Notes under the pieces: generated by a model | Told to the model about the DNA's origin: nothing | Database searches by the model: none | What the model saw: only the letters and a program-made list of their open reading frames with translations | Translations under genes and position numbers: made by a program | Assembly: GCA_964606085.1 (NCBI GenBank) | Contig: CAZSFD010000014.1 | Coordinates: forward strand, 3,469 to 67,468 | Direction: 5' to 3' | Length of the DNA stretch: 64,000 nucleotides | From: an uncultured Anaerolineaceae bacterium | GTDB lineage: Bacteria; Chloroflexota; Anaerolineae; Anaerolineales; UBA4823 | Shown: positions 45,016 to 53,745 of the stretch, one piece after another | How the letters are laid out: every line of letters begins with the position of its first letter | Position numbering within the stretch: position 1 is the stretch's first letter

Positions 45016-45648
45016 ATGCATCTATACGATATTAGCTTGACGCTTTCACCGGCAATGCCTGTTTGGCCTGGCGATCCTCCTTTCGAGATGACGCGGGTAA
45101 GCAAAATTGAGGAAGGCCACCATGCGAATGTATCGCAGGTGCGCATGAGCGCCCATACTGGCACCCATGTAGATGCGCCGTACCACTTTCTTGCTAACGG
45201 GAAAACCATTGAACAGTTGTCGTTAAGCGATTTGAACGGTCGCGTGTACATCGTTCACCTGCCTGAGGTCGAGGTGATCACGGCAAGCGTCCTCGAACAG
45301 GCCGAAATTCCCCCGCGCACCCGGCGCATCCTGTTTCGCACGCGCAATTCAGACCTGTGGGCGAAGGGTATCACCGAGTTCCAGAAAGATTATGTCGCCC
45401 TCAGCGAAGATGGCGCTCAGTACCTGGTGGACCGCGGTTTTCGGCTGGTAGGCATAGATTACCTATCGGTAGCTCCCTTCGGCGATAGCGTTGCTGTTCA
45501 CCAGACTCTTTTACAGGCCGGGGTGATCATCGTTGAGGGGTTGAACCTTTCCGAGGTTTCGCAGGGGCGCTACACGCTTTACTGCCTGCCGTTAAAAATC
45601 GCCGGGGCCGATGGCACACCCGCCCGGGCGATTGTGATCGGCGTATAG
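45016..45648 (+). CDS. Cyclase / arylformamidase (KynB-like)
   Basis: MHLYDISL start with GGAGGA upstream. Motifs seen: SAHTGTHVDAPYHF and GIDYLSV. The track start at 44698 is an over-extension into the AT-richer spacer. Confidence 0.85.
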   Translation: MHLYDISLTLSPAMPVWPGDPPFEMTRVSKIEEGHHANVSQVRMSAHTGTHVDAPYHFLANGKTIEQLSLSDLNGRVYIVHLPEVEVITASVLEQAEIPPRTRRILFRTRNSDLWAKGITEFQKDYVALSEDGAQYLVDRGFRLVGIDYLSVAPFGDSVAVHQTLLQAGVIIVEGLNLSEVSQGRYTLYCLPLKIAGADGTPARAIVIGV

Positions 45649-45665
45649 GAGCTGGCGAAAGCACT

Positions 45666-46445
45666 TTGGCTGGAAAAATTCGTCTGGATGATTGCCTGGT
45701 TGCAGCGGGTTTGGCCGCAGACCGTTCACTTGCCCGGCGCTGGATCATGGCCGGGCAGGTGCGCGTTAACGGTCAGTTGGTTCAAACCCCCGCTGCGTTG
45801 GTGGCTGCCGACGCCCACCTGACACTTGATACCGGCCCACGCTTTGTCTCGCGCGGTGGTGAGAAACTGCAAGCGGCCCTGGATGCCTTTGACATCTCCG
45901 TAGCCGGGAAAGTTTGCGCCGATGTGGGCGCTTCGACGGGGGGCTTCACCGATTGTTTGCTGCAAGCGGGGGCCGAACGGGTCTACGCGATTGATGTTGG
46001 CACGGGCATCCTCGATTGGCGTTTACGGCAGGATGGGCGGGTGGTGGTGATGGAAGGGACGAATGCCCGCCACCTGTCTATGCTGCCTGAGCCGGTGGCG
46101 CTGGCAACCATAGATGCTTCGTTCATCTCGCTCAAGGTGCTGCTTCCGGTGGTGAAGGGCTGGCTGGCTCCTGCTGGACAGGTGGTGGCGTTGATCAAAC
46201 CCCAATTCGAAGCCGGGCGTGAACAGGCCGCCCGCACGCGTGGTGTGATTCGCGAGGCGGCGATCCATCAACAAATTCTGCGCGATGTGTTGAGTTTTGC
46301 CGTGGGAGAAAATTTCGCCGTGCAGGGGGGCATCCGTTCGCCGTTGTTGGGACCAAAGGGCAATGCCGAGTTTTTGGTCTGGTTGGCATTCCCCGCTGCG
46401 AACCTGATCCCGGTAGAGGCGTGGGTGGCGGGCGTGGGTTGGTAG
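45666..46445 (+). CDS. tlyA: TlyA family 23S/16S rRNA (cytidine-2'-O)-methyltransferase
   Basis: S4-like N-terminus RLDDCLV..GLA.SR..A...I..G.V.VNG, then FVSRGGEKL and DVGASTGGFTDCLLQ. TTG start at 45666. Confidence 0.85.
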   Translation: MAGKIRLDDCLVAAGLAADRSLARRWIMAGQVRVNGQLVQTPAALVAADAHLTLDTGPRFVSRGGEKLQAALDAFDISVAGKVCADVGASTGGFTDCLLQAGAERVYAIDVGTGILDWRLRQDGRVVVMEGTNARHLSMLPEPVALATIDASFISLKVLLPVVKGWLAPAGQVVALIKPQFEAGREQAARTRGVIREAAIHQQILRDVLSFAVGENFAVQGGIRSPLLGPKGNAEFLVWLAFPAANLIPVEAWVAGVGW

Positions 46446-46462
46446 AGGCCCACGGATGCCTG

Positions 46463-47527
46463 CTAGGGAACCGGTAAGATCACTGTAATTTTTGTGCCTT
46501 TGCCCACTTCGCTTTGTAAGACAATGCGCCCGTTGTGGCGTTTGATCACCCGGTCGCATACGGCCAGGCCCAGGCCGGTGCCATGCCCGGCAGATTTGGT
46601 GGTGTAGAAGGGGTCGAAAATGCGGGGGAGATGTTCGGGCGCGATGCCTTTGCCGTTATCGGCCACGCTGATGTGTACTTCATTGCCAACCAGTTCGGAA
46701 CTGATGTGGATTTCGCCGGCGGTTTTTTCAAAAGCGTCAATGGCATTCAGCAGCAGGTTCACCCACACGCCTTGCAGGTGACTTTGGCTGGCGCGTACGA
46801 ATGGTAAGGTGCTGGAAAGGTTGCTGTGCAGGGAAAGCGAATTGGCAACCACCTCGTGTTTGACCAGTTCAATTGCTTTGCGAATGGTGTCGTTGATCTG
46901 GGTGGGCAGAAATTCGTATTGCTCCAGGCGGGCCAGGTCGAGCAGGCTGCGCACCACCTGGGCGGCGCGTGCGCCAGCTTCGGCAATCATGCTGACCAAT
47001 TCCTGCCGGTCATCCTCTGGCGGGATTTCGCGCTGCAACAATTGGGCGTTGGCCAGGATGGCCGTGAGTGGGTTGTTGATCTCATGCGCCACGCCGGCGG
47101 CAAGCTGCCCGATGGCCGCTAATTGTTCCGACTGCGCCACCAGGCTTTCGAGGCGCTGTCGTTCGGTCACATCCTGCTCTAAAATAACCGTCTGGCTCAC
47201 CTGCTCCTTATCATAAATGGGGTAAGTGCCAATCTCCCAGGTTTGCGCTTCCTGGCTATCCTGGTGCGTGCGTTGGGTGCGGGTGGTGTTTTTGCCGTGG
47301 TTGAATGTCTCGGCAACCAGACAGCCCGGGCATGGTTCGGAGCGTTGATAAAGCGCCTGGTAGCAGATTTGCCCCGCCAAGGCCTGGGGTGATGCGGCGT
47401 GCCGTTGTGCCAGGGCGCGATTGACTGTGACTAACGTGTAATCGCGCTGGATGGCGTAAATGGCAAATGGCAGGCTGTTGATCAGCGCAAGCAGCGGGTC
47501 ACAACAGGTTGGATCGGCGGTGGACAT
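46463..47527 (-). CDS. Soluble PAS-histidine kinase
   Basis: Motifs seen: H-box AAGVAHEINNPLTAI, N-box VNLLLNAIDA, DNGKGI, GHGTGLGLAV. No transmembrane segment. The start at ATG 47527 avoids overlap with the response-regulator gene. Confidence 0.85.
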   Translation of the reverse strand: MSTADPTCCDPLLALINSLPFAIYAIQRDYTLVTVNRALAQRHAASPQALAGQICYQALYQRSEPCPGCLVAETFNHGKNTTRTQRTHQDSQEAQTWEIGTYPIYDKEQVSQTVILEQDVTERQRLESLVAQSEQLAAIGQLAAGVAHEINNPLTAILANAQLLQREIPPEDDRQELVSMIAEAGARAAQVVRSLLDLARLEQYEFLPTQINDTIRKAIELVKHEVVANSLSLHSNLSSTLPFVRASQSHLQGVWVNLLLNAIDAFEKTAGEIHISSELVGNEVHISVADNGKGIAPEHLPRIFDPFYTTKSAGHGTGLGLAVCDRVIKRHNGRIVLQSEVGKGTKITVILPVP

Positions 47528-47540
47528 GGTTGTTGAGGCG

Positions 47541-48287
47541 CTATTCGTTGCCGACGGTGTAACCGTAGCCTGGAACGGTACGGATGAAGGTGGGGGTGCT
47601 GGGGTCTTCTTCGATGCGCTCGCGCAGGTTTTTGATGTGAACACGGACGAGATCGGGGCTGCCGGTGTTGGCGGGGTAATCCCACACTTCATCGAGCAGG
47701 CGCGCCGGTGAGAAGATGCGGCCCGGATGGCTCATCAGATGATAGAGCAGGTCATATTGCACCGGGGTCAGGCGCAGTTTGCCATAGTGGGGGGTGGCTA
47801 ACTCATACGTGCGTGTATCCAGTATGTAGCTGCCAATCACAATTTTTGTACCATCAGCGGGGCTGTTTTCGGCGCTGCCGTTGGAACTGGCTGGCAGTGT
47901 TTTCTGCGCCTGGGTGCGGCGCAAAATGGCGCGCAAGCGCAGGATTAGCTCATCTACATTGAAGGGTTTGGTCAGGTAATCGTCAGCGCCAGCCATGAAG
48001 CCGGCGATCTTGTCTTCGTCTTTGATCTTGGCGGTGAGGAATAAGATGGGGACATGGGTCAGCAAGGGGTCGGCGCGCATTTCGCGGCAGACGGTGTAGC
48101 CATCCATGCCGGGCATGACGATGTCGAGGATGACCAGGTCGGGGATGGCGCGCCGGGCCGTTTTCAGACCATCTACGCCGCTGTTGACGGTGGTAATTTT
48201 GAACTCCTGGCCGCGCAAGCTGCGTTCGATGGTGCGGGCGACGATTTCATCATCTTCAATGATCAACAAGTTGATGCTGTTATTCAT
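47541..48287 (-). CDS. OmpR-family response regulator
   Basis: REC domain motifs LLIIEDDE, DLVILDIVMPGMDG, ILFLTAK. Winged-helix segment LTPVQYDLLYHL..VWDY....VRVHIKNLR..I..TVPGYGY. Confidence 0.9.
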   Translation of the reverse strand: MNNSINLLIIEDDEIVARTIERSLRGQEFKITTVNSGVDGLKTARRAIPDLVILDIVMPGMDGYTVCREMRADPLLTHVPILFLTAKIKDEDKIAGFMAGADDYLTKPFNVDELILRLRAILRRTQAQKTLPASSNGSAENSPADGTKIVIGSYILDTRTYELATPHYGKLRLTPVQYDLLYHLMSHPGRIFSPARLLDEVWDYPANTGSPDLVRVHIKNLRERIEEDPSTPTFIRTVPGYGYTVGNE

Positions 48288-49759
48288 GCGGAACCTCCCA
48301 AAATGACGCGCAAAATTGTACCACGCTGCGGATCGCTCTCGGCTTTGATCTGGCCGTGGTGCTGTTGGACAATGTCATTGCATAAGGAAAACTCGAACCC
48401 GATGCCGCGCTGTTTGACCGCTTTGCGAAAATCGGCTTCAAATAGGTGTGGGATGACTTCTGGCGGGATCGGGGCGCCATCATCATAGATTTCGACCTGC
48501 ACCAGTTTTTCATTGTGTTTGATCGAGCGGACGCGAATGGTGTGGGGGGCGCCATCATTGGTGGCGTCGCGGGCCAGCAGTAGCAGGTTCACCCACAGGT
48601 CGCTGAGTTGGCGCGGGTTGCCATATACTTCGGGCAGGTTGTCGCTCAAGATCACTTCGATGTTGGTGCCATCCATGCGAATAGGATCACTGACCAGGTT
48701 CAGGGCATCGCGGATGGTCTGGTTGATGTTGAGGTTGACCAGGGTGTCGGTGGTTGGGCGGGAAAGTTCCAGTAATTTTTGAACGGCTTCTTGAATGCGC
48801 CAGCCGCCTTTCTGGATGATCTCGACTGATTCGCGTGTGGGGTTGTTTTCGAGGTTTTGCAGCAGCAGGTGGCTTTCGCCGATGATGGCGGTGAGCGGGT
48901 TGTTGATGTGATGCGCCACGCTGGAGGCCATTTCGCCGATGGCAACCAGCCGGGCTGTTTGGGCGATGCGCGCCAGGGCGATGCGCAATTCTTGTTCCAC
49001 CTTTTTGCGCGAGGTGATATCGCGGGTGACATCCATGTAACCGAGCAAACGCCCGTTTTCATAATCGCGCAAAACGCTGATGCGCGAGCTGACCCAAAGG
49101 ATATGTTGGTTGCGCAGGTTGTAGCGGCGTTCGACTTCCTGCCCGGTGGTGCCTTCGCGCGGGGGTTCGCGCACCGGGGGGATAAACAGGTTGTGATAAT
49201 TTTCGACCACTGGCTGGTTGAGCCGTTCGGACGATTTCCAGCCGTAGAGCATTTCGGCGGCGGGATTCCAGTAGGTGATCTTGCCGGTGGTATCCCACAC
49301 CACTACGGCATCGCGCACGTTGTTGAGCAGCAACGCCTGATAGCGGATTTGCTCCATCGAGCGCTGCACGGAGAGTTTGAGCTGGTAAGCCTGGATGGCT
49401 TTTTGGATGATGGCGGGCAGCGTCAGCAGCGATTCGGCGCCTTTGATCATGTAATCGGCTGCGCCCAGGTGCATAGATTTGACGGCGATCCGTTCATCGC
49501 CCTGGCCGGTGATCATGATCACCGGCACCTGGTAGCCGCGGTTTTGCATTTCCACCAGGGCATCCAGGCCGGTGCCATCGGGCAATTTGTAATCGAGCAA
49601 GATGGTGTCGTAGTTGTGGTTGTAAATTTGCGCCCACAGTTCGGCCACGTCTTTCGCCCGCTCCGATGTGAACGGCCCAGAGATGCGCAGAAATTCGGCG
49701 ATCCACTCGGCGTGTTCTTCGTCGTCATCCACAATCAGGATGTGGTAATTTTCAGGCAT
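48284..49759 (-). CDS. Hybrid REC-PAS-histidine kinase
   Basis: N-terminal receiver motifs ILIVDDDEEH, ILLDYKLPDGTG, IMITGQGD. After the PAS region come H-box SSVAHHINNPLTAI, VNLLLLARDA and RGIGFEFS. The start at ATG 49759 overlaps the upstream gene by 8 nt. Confidence 0.85.
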   Translation of the reverse strand: MPENYHILIVDDDEEHAEWIAEFLRISGPFTSERAKDVAELWAQIYNHNYDTILLDYKLPDGTGLDALVEMQNRGYQVPVIMITGQGDERIAVKSMHLGAADYMIKGAESLLTLPAIIQKAIQAYQLKLSVQRSMEQIRYQALLLNNVRDAVVVWDTTGKITYWNPAAEMLYGWKSSERLNQPVVENYHNLFIPPVREPPREGTTGQEVERRYNLRNQHILWVSSRISVLRDYENGRLLGYMDVTRDITSRKKVEQELRIALARIAQTARLVAIGEMASSVAHHINNPLTAIIGESHLLLQNLENNPTRESVEIIQKGGWRIQEAVQKLLELSRPTTDTLVNLNINQTIRDALNLVSDPIRMDGTNIEVILSDNLPEVYGNPRQLSDLWVNLLLLARDATNDGAPHTIRVRSIKHNEKLVQVEIYDDGAPIPPEVIPHLFEADFRKAVKQRGIGFEFSLCNDIVQQHHGQIKAESDPQRGTILRVILGGSA

Positions 49760-50003
49760 ACGATGGCTCCTGAGCTTGTGTGATTTCTTCGGCCACATTG
49801 CGCAGTGCCGGGGCCAGGCAGGCGTTGAGCATGGGGACGGTGTAACGCCGATGTCCGCCTGGCGTGCGCAAGGGTGTGAGTTGCCCCACCTGTTCCATGC
49901 GGTAGAGGGTCGAAAGGCTCACGCGCAAATAGCTGGCGGCTTCGCGGGCGGTGAGCAATTTGAGCGTTTCTTGTGCTGGAGAAAGTTTATCATTCATCTT
50001 CAA
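49752..50003 (-). CDS. Excisionase-type (HTH_17/MerR-like) DNA-binding protein
   Basis: LTAREAASYLRVSLSTLYRMEQVGQLTPLRTPGGHRRY matches the helix-turn-helix_17 pattern. 83 aa. Confidence 0.65.
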   Translation of the reverse strand: MKMNDKLSPAQETLKLLTAREAASYLRVSLSTLYRMEQVGQLTPLRTPGGHRRYTVPMLNACLAPALRNVAEEITQAQEPSYA

Positions 50004-50084
50004 ACCTCGTCAAATTCGGTCAGGGAATTGCATTAAGGATACGGCAAGGGGGCCTTTCCAACCATAAACGAGGCATAAATCATT

Positions 50085-50228
50085 GCAGAGCAGGTTGCAA
50101 GTTGCAGGTGGCAGGAAGCGCGGGGCGAGGGTATGGAAAGAAACGCCGGATGCTGCGATAACGCAACACCCGGCGCAAACCTGCTACTTGCTCCTTGCCA
50201 CTTGCCCCCTGCTACCTGCCCCCTGCTA
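50085..50228. repeat. Degenerate-heptamer inverted repeat (GCAGGTN family) downstream of the GH4 gene
   Basis: The left arm is GCAGAGCAGGTTGCAAGTTGCAGGTGGCAGGAAGC (50085-50119). The right arm is CCTGCTACTTGCTCCTTGCCACTTGCCCCCTGCTACCTGCCCCCTGCTA (50180-50228). GCAGGTGGCAGG against the complement of CCTGCTACCTGC matches 11 of 12. Confidence 0.7.
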
Positions 50229-51572
50229 TGCTTCCAAATGCGTGAACTGCGGCAAGTAATCCTTGTTCTTCTGCAGCATCTGGTTGACCATTTGTTTGAT
50301 CTCGGCCAGGGAGAGGACGGCGGCGCTGAGCGGGTCGTGGATGACGGCCTGGTAGACCAGGCGCGGGTTGCCGGTGAGGGCGGCTTCGACGGCCATCTCT
50401 TCGATCATCGAACTGGTGTGGACGAGGGTGGCTAACTGCGGCGGCAGCGCACCGACGTGAACGGGGTGCAGCCCGGCCTTATCCACGTACACCGGCACTT
50501 CCACGCACGCCCCTTCGGGCAGGTTGGTGATCAACTTGGTGTTGGGCACGTTGCCGTTGAACCAGAAGATTTCGCCGCCTTTGACGGCGTTCATGATGTA
50601 AGCGGCGTATTCGTGGCCGCGCTCCAGGCTGATGGGAACTTCTTTGTCGAACCACTTCTTGGCTTCGTCGCGCCAGGTGTCGGCGGCTTTTTCGTATTCG
50701 TGCAAGATGTAGGCGTAGTGGCCGGGATTCCAGCCGGTGCCGTGGGTGCAGTATTTTTCGATCAGGTCGGGGCGCTTGCGGAACCAGGCGTTGTATTCAG
50801 AGTTGTGGCCGCTCGACTCGGTGACGTAGTAATCGAGCGCCAGGTACATTTCGTTGCGGACGATTTCTTCGTTGTAAACCTCGGGGCGCTCGGTGATGGC
50901 TTTGTGGATCAGCGGGTAGGCGTCTTTGCCGTTCCATTTGAAATCGAGGTAGAAGGCCTGGTGGTTGATGCCGGCGCAGGTGTAGGTGATTTCGCTATCG
51001 GGCGCACCGATCCAATGGGCCAGCATCGAGGCGGTGCCCTGGACGCTGTGGCACAGGCCGGTCAGGCGCAGGTCTTGGCCGAAATGGTCGAATTTCTTCT
51101 GGATGGCTCGGCAGAGCATGGCCATGGGGTTGGTGTAGTTCAACACCATCACATCGGGTTTGGCGTAGCGTTCGATGTCGGCGGCGATGTCGAGCATGAC
51201 GGGGATGGTGCGCAGGGCGCGGAAGATGCCTGAGACGCTGCGTGTGTCGCCGACGTTGGTATCCACGTTATATTGCTTGGGGATCTCGATGTCGTAGCGC
51301 CACACGTCCACGCCGCCCGCCAGGATGGTGATCAAGACGAAATCGGCGTCTTGCAGGGCTTCCTGGCGGCTGAGCGTGGCTTCCACTTTGGCGGGGTAGT
51401 TGCCCATCTCGACGATGCGGGTGACGGCACGCCTGGCGAAATCGAGCCGTTCGGGGTCAATATCCATCAGGCTGATCGTGGCGTCGGTGAGGGTGGGGAA
51501 GGTCAGCAGGTCGCGCACCAGGCCGCGTGTGAAGCCCAGGCTGCCAGCTCCAATGAAGGCGATTTTGGTCAT
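50226..51572 (-). CDS. Glycoside hydrolase family 4 (alpha-glucosidase/alpha-galactosidase, NAD/Mn-dependent)
   Basis: Motifs seen: [41 protein letters not shown]. Confidence 0.9.
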   Translation of the reverse strand: MTKIAFIGAGSLGFTRGLVRDLLTFPTLTDATISLMDIDPERLDFARRAVTRIVEMGNYPAKVEATLSRQEALQDADFVLITILAGGVDVWRYDIEIPKQYNVDTNVGDTRSVSGIFRALRTIPVMLDIAADIERYAKPDVMVLNYTNPMAMLCRAIQKKFDHFGQDLRLTGLCHSVQGTASMLAHWIGAPDSEITYTCAGINHQAFYLDFKWNGKDAYPLIHKAITERPEVYNEEIVRNEMYLALDYYVTESSGHNSEYNAWFRKRPDLIEKYCTHGTGWNPGHYAYILHEYEKAADTWRDEAKKWFDKEVPISLERGHEYAAYIMNAVKGGEIFWFNGNVPNTKLITNLPEGACVEVPVYVDKAGLHPVHVGALPPQLATLVHTSSMIEEMAVEAALTGNPRLVYQAVIHDPLSAAVLSLAEIKQMVNQMLQKNKDYLPQFTHLEA

Positions 51573-51610
51573 AAAAATTGTCCTTTCGGTTGGGGGGAAG
51601 AGATAGGGGA

Positions 51611-51638
51611 ATTATGCCAGATTCGACAACGGTGTCAA
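51611..51638 (-). promoter_or_regulatory. Sigma-70-type promoter for the GH4 gene: TTGACA, 16 nt spacer, TGgCATAAT
   Basis: On the minus strand, TTGACA is the complement of 51633-51638. A 16-nt spacer follows. CATAAT (complement of 51611-51616) is preceded by TGG. AAAGGA lies upstream of ATG 51572. Confidence 0.55.
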
Positions 51639-51662
51639 CGAATCGCGAATGCCCGTGCATCG

Positions 51663-52283
51663 TTATTCGGTACTCGGTATTCGGTTTTGGTAAAGCTGCT
51701 TGTTCTGGATGAGTTCATACACGGCGGCAGGCAGGTAATAACGGTAAGGCCGTCCTTCGGCAATGCGCTGGCGAATGTCGGAGGCGGCGATGGTCAGCAG
51801 GGGGGCCTCGATGAAACGGACTTTGGCGCTGACGCCGGGGAGTTGCCTTTCCAGGGCATTCAGGTCAACGGCGTCGCCGGGGCGGCGCATGACGCCGAGG
51901 GAAGCCAGGCGGGCCAGCAGTTCGCCGGGCTGCCGCCAGCGGGGTAGATCGTGCAGCGAATCGCCGCCCATCACATAGGTCAGGTTGGCCTGGGGGTGCA
52001 GGTCTGCCAGGATGCGCACCGTGTCGCAGGCGAAGTGTGGGCCGGGACGATCCATGTCTACGGTAGAAATCTCAAAACCGGGATCATCGTGCAGGGCGGC
52101 GTGCAGCAGTTCGAGGCGGGTTTGCAGCGGCGTGATGTGCTGATGGCGTTTGTGCGGTGGCTCGGGCGTCAACACCCACAGCAGGCGATCCAGTTCCAAC
52201 TGCGCCCGCGTTTCGGCAGCCAGGATCAGATGGCCGATGTGAGGGGGGTCGAAGGTGCCGCCGAAAATTCCTAGTCTGACCAT
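51663..52283 (-). CDS. nadD: Nicotinate-nucleotide adenylyltransferase
   Basis: Motifs seen: LGIFGGTFDPPHIGH and ISASDIRQR-like (IAASDIRQR). The gene overlaps the obg stop by 13 nt. Confidence 0.9.
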   Translation of the reverse strand: MVRLGIFGGTFDPPHIGHLILAAETRAQLELDRLLWVLTPEPPHKRHQHITPLQTRLELLHAALHDDPGFEISTVDMDRPGPHFACDTVRILADLHPQANLTYVMGGDSLHDLPRWRQPGELLARLASLGVMRRPGDAVDLNALERQLPGVSAKVRFIEAPLLTIAASDIRQRIAEGRPYRYYLPAAVYELIQNKQLYQNRIPSTE

Positions 52284-53554
52284 TCCAACTCAAATTCATC
52301 GCCGATGAACACCGTATCGCCCTGCTTTGCGCCGGCGCGGCGCAGGGCATCTTCGACGCCCAGGGTTTGCAGGATGCGTTGGAAGCGGCGGATGGATTGT
52401 TCTTCTTCCCAATAGGTCATGGCGGCGGCGCGCTCGATAGATTGCCCGCTGACGCGGAAGCCTGCGGGGGTGCGGGTGATGGTGTAGGTGCGCGGGTCTT
52501 CTTCGGGGCGGTAGATGGGGAGTTCGCTTTCGGCAGTCGGGCGTTCCGATGGCAGGGTGGGCGGTGGGGCTTCGGCGAGGCGTTGGGCGGCGCGGTAGAG
52601 CAGTTTGCGCACGTCGCTGCCGGCCACGGCTGAGATCGCCATGGGTTCGTAGCCTTTGGCCTTGAGGCTGGCTTCGACTTGCGGCCAGCGCGCCTGTACG
52701 TCGGGCAAGTCCATCTTATTCAGCGCTACCACTTGCGGTTTTTGCGCCAGGGTGGGGTCGAACAAGGCTAATTCGCTGTTGATCTGGGCGAAATCGAGGA
52801 TGGGGTCTTCGGCCATGCCATCGAGCAGGTGGATCAGCACACGCGTGCGTTGGATGTGGCGCAAAAAATCGTGACCGAGGCCAATGCCCAGGTGCGCGCC
52901 TTCGATCAGGCCGGGGATGTCGGCCAGGACGAGGGTGGTATCTTCGTCGAGGTTGGCCACGCCCAGGTTGGGTTCGAGCGTGGTGAAGGGATAGGGGGCG
53001 ATTTTGGGCCGGGCGTTGGTGACGACAGATAGGAAGGTGGATTTTCCCGCATTCGGCACGCCGACGATGCCGATATCGGCGATCAGTTTCAGTTCCAGGC
53101 GCAGGGTGCGTTCTTCGCCGGGTGCGCCGCGCTCGGCCACGCGCGGGGCCTGGTTAGACGAGGTGGCAAAGTGCTGGTTGCCGCGTCCGCCGCGCCCGCC
53201 CTTGCAGACGATGAGCTGCTGCCCTTTGTCGGTCAGGTCGCCAACCAGGGTGCCGCTGGCCTCATCGTAAACCAGCGTGCCTGGCGGAACGGGGACGATC
53301 AGGTTGTCAGCTGATTTGCCGGTCATGTTTTGCTTCTGGCCGCGTGCGCCGGGCTGCGCGGCAAACTCGCGTTTGTGTTGAAAGTTGGAGAGCGTATTCA
53401 GGTGCGGGTTGACTTCGAGGATCACGTCGCCGCCGTGGCCGCCATCGCCGCCATCGGGCCCGCCGCGGGGGATATATTTTTCGCGGCGAAAGTGGATGGC
53501 GCCATCGCCGCCTTTGCCGGAACGTACGAGGATTGTGGCTTGATCAATGAACAT
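52271..53554 (-). CDS. obg: GTPase Obg/CgtA
   Basis: Motifs seen: MFIDQATILVRSGKGGDG start, Gly-rich Obg fold, GVPNAGKST, DIPGLIEGA, NKMD, C-terminal OCT-like domain. The track start at 53632 translates the octamer repeat (HPLTLSPSHPLTLSPSH) and is rejected. Confidence 0.95.
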   Translation of the reverse strand: MFIDQATILVRSGKGGDGAIHFRREKYIPRGGPDGGDGGHGGDVILEVNPHLNTLSNFQHKREFAAQPGARGQKQNMTGKSADNLIVPVPPGTLVYDEASGTLVGDLTDKGQQLIVCKGGRGGRGNQHFATSSNQAPRVAERGAPGEERTLRLELKLIADIGIVGVPNAGKSTFLSVVTNARPKIAPYPFTTLEPNLGVANLDEDTTLVLADIPGLIEGAHLGIGLGHDFLRHIQRTRVLIHLLDGMAEDPILDFAQINSELALFDPTLAQKPQVVALNKMDLPDVQARWPQVEASLKAKGYEPMAISAVAGSDVRKLLYRAAQRLAEAPPPTLPSERPTAESELPIYRPEEDPRTYTITRTPAGFRVSGQSIERAAAMTYWEEEQSIRRFQRILQTLGVEDALRRAGAKQGDTVFIGDEFELEWSD

Positions 53555-53562
53555 GGGAAGAT

Positions 53563-53618
53563 GGTGAGAGGGTGAGAGGGTGAGAGGGTGAGAGGGTGAG
53601 AGGGTGAGAGGGTGAGAT
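53563..53618. repeat. Seven tandem octamers GGTGAGAG (CTCTCACC on the obg strand)
   Basis: Six perfect copies and one imperfect copy (GGTGAGAT) lie head to tail. The array starts 9 nt upstream of the obg ATG, in the obg/rex divergent spacer. Confidence 0.95.
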
Positions 53619-53641
53619 GATTTTTTGTGCAATGAGAAAAG

Positions 53642-53647
53642 ATTATA
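53642..53647 (-). promoter_or_regulatory. -10 TATAAT (minus strand) candidate for obg
   Basis: The complement of attata within GGGTATAATC. This position would put the octamer array inside an ~80-nt obg leader. Confidence 0.4.
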
Positions 53648-53730
53648 CCCTACCGCTCCTCATCGCCTGATTACCGGATCACGCGCTTGCACCCCGCTTG
53701 TTCTTTTTTGCACAACAATTGCACAAACTG

Positions 53731-53739
53731 TGGTACATT
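53731..53739 (+). promoter_or_regulatory. Extended -10 TGGTACATT, 6 nt upstream of the rex ATG
   Basis: TGG, TACATT, then cgagtt, then ATG (53746). The geometry is the same as at 5755-5763 and predicts a leaderless mRNA. Confidence 0.45.
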
Positions 53740-53745
53740 CGAGTT

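Noticed and set aside
49752-50003. Excisionase-like gene as a sign of a prophage or integrative element
   Set aside because: There is no integrase, no att-like repeats, no tRNA and no phage genes nearby. The gene is translationally coupled to a two-component operon.
53555-53632. N-terminal extension of obg encoding MHKKSSHPLTLSPSHPLTLSPSHHLP
   Set aside because: It is simply the octamer array read in frame. Obg proteins start at MFIDQA, which is present at 53554.
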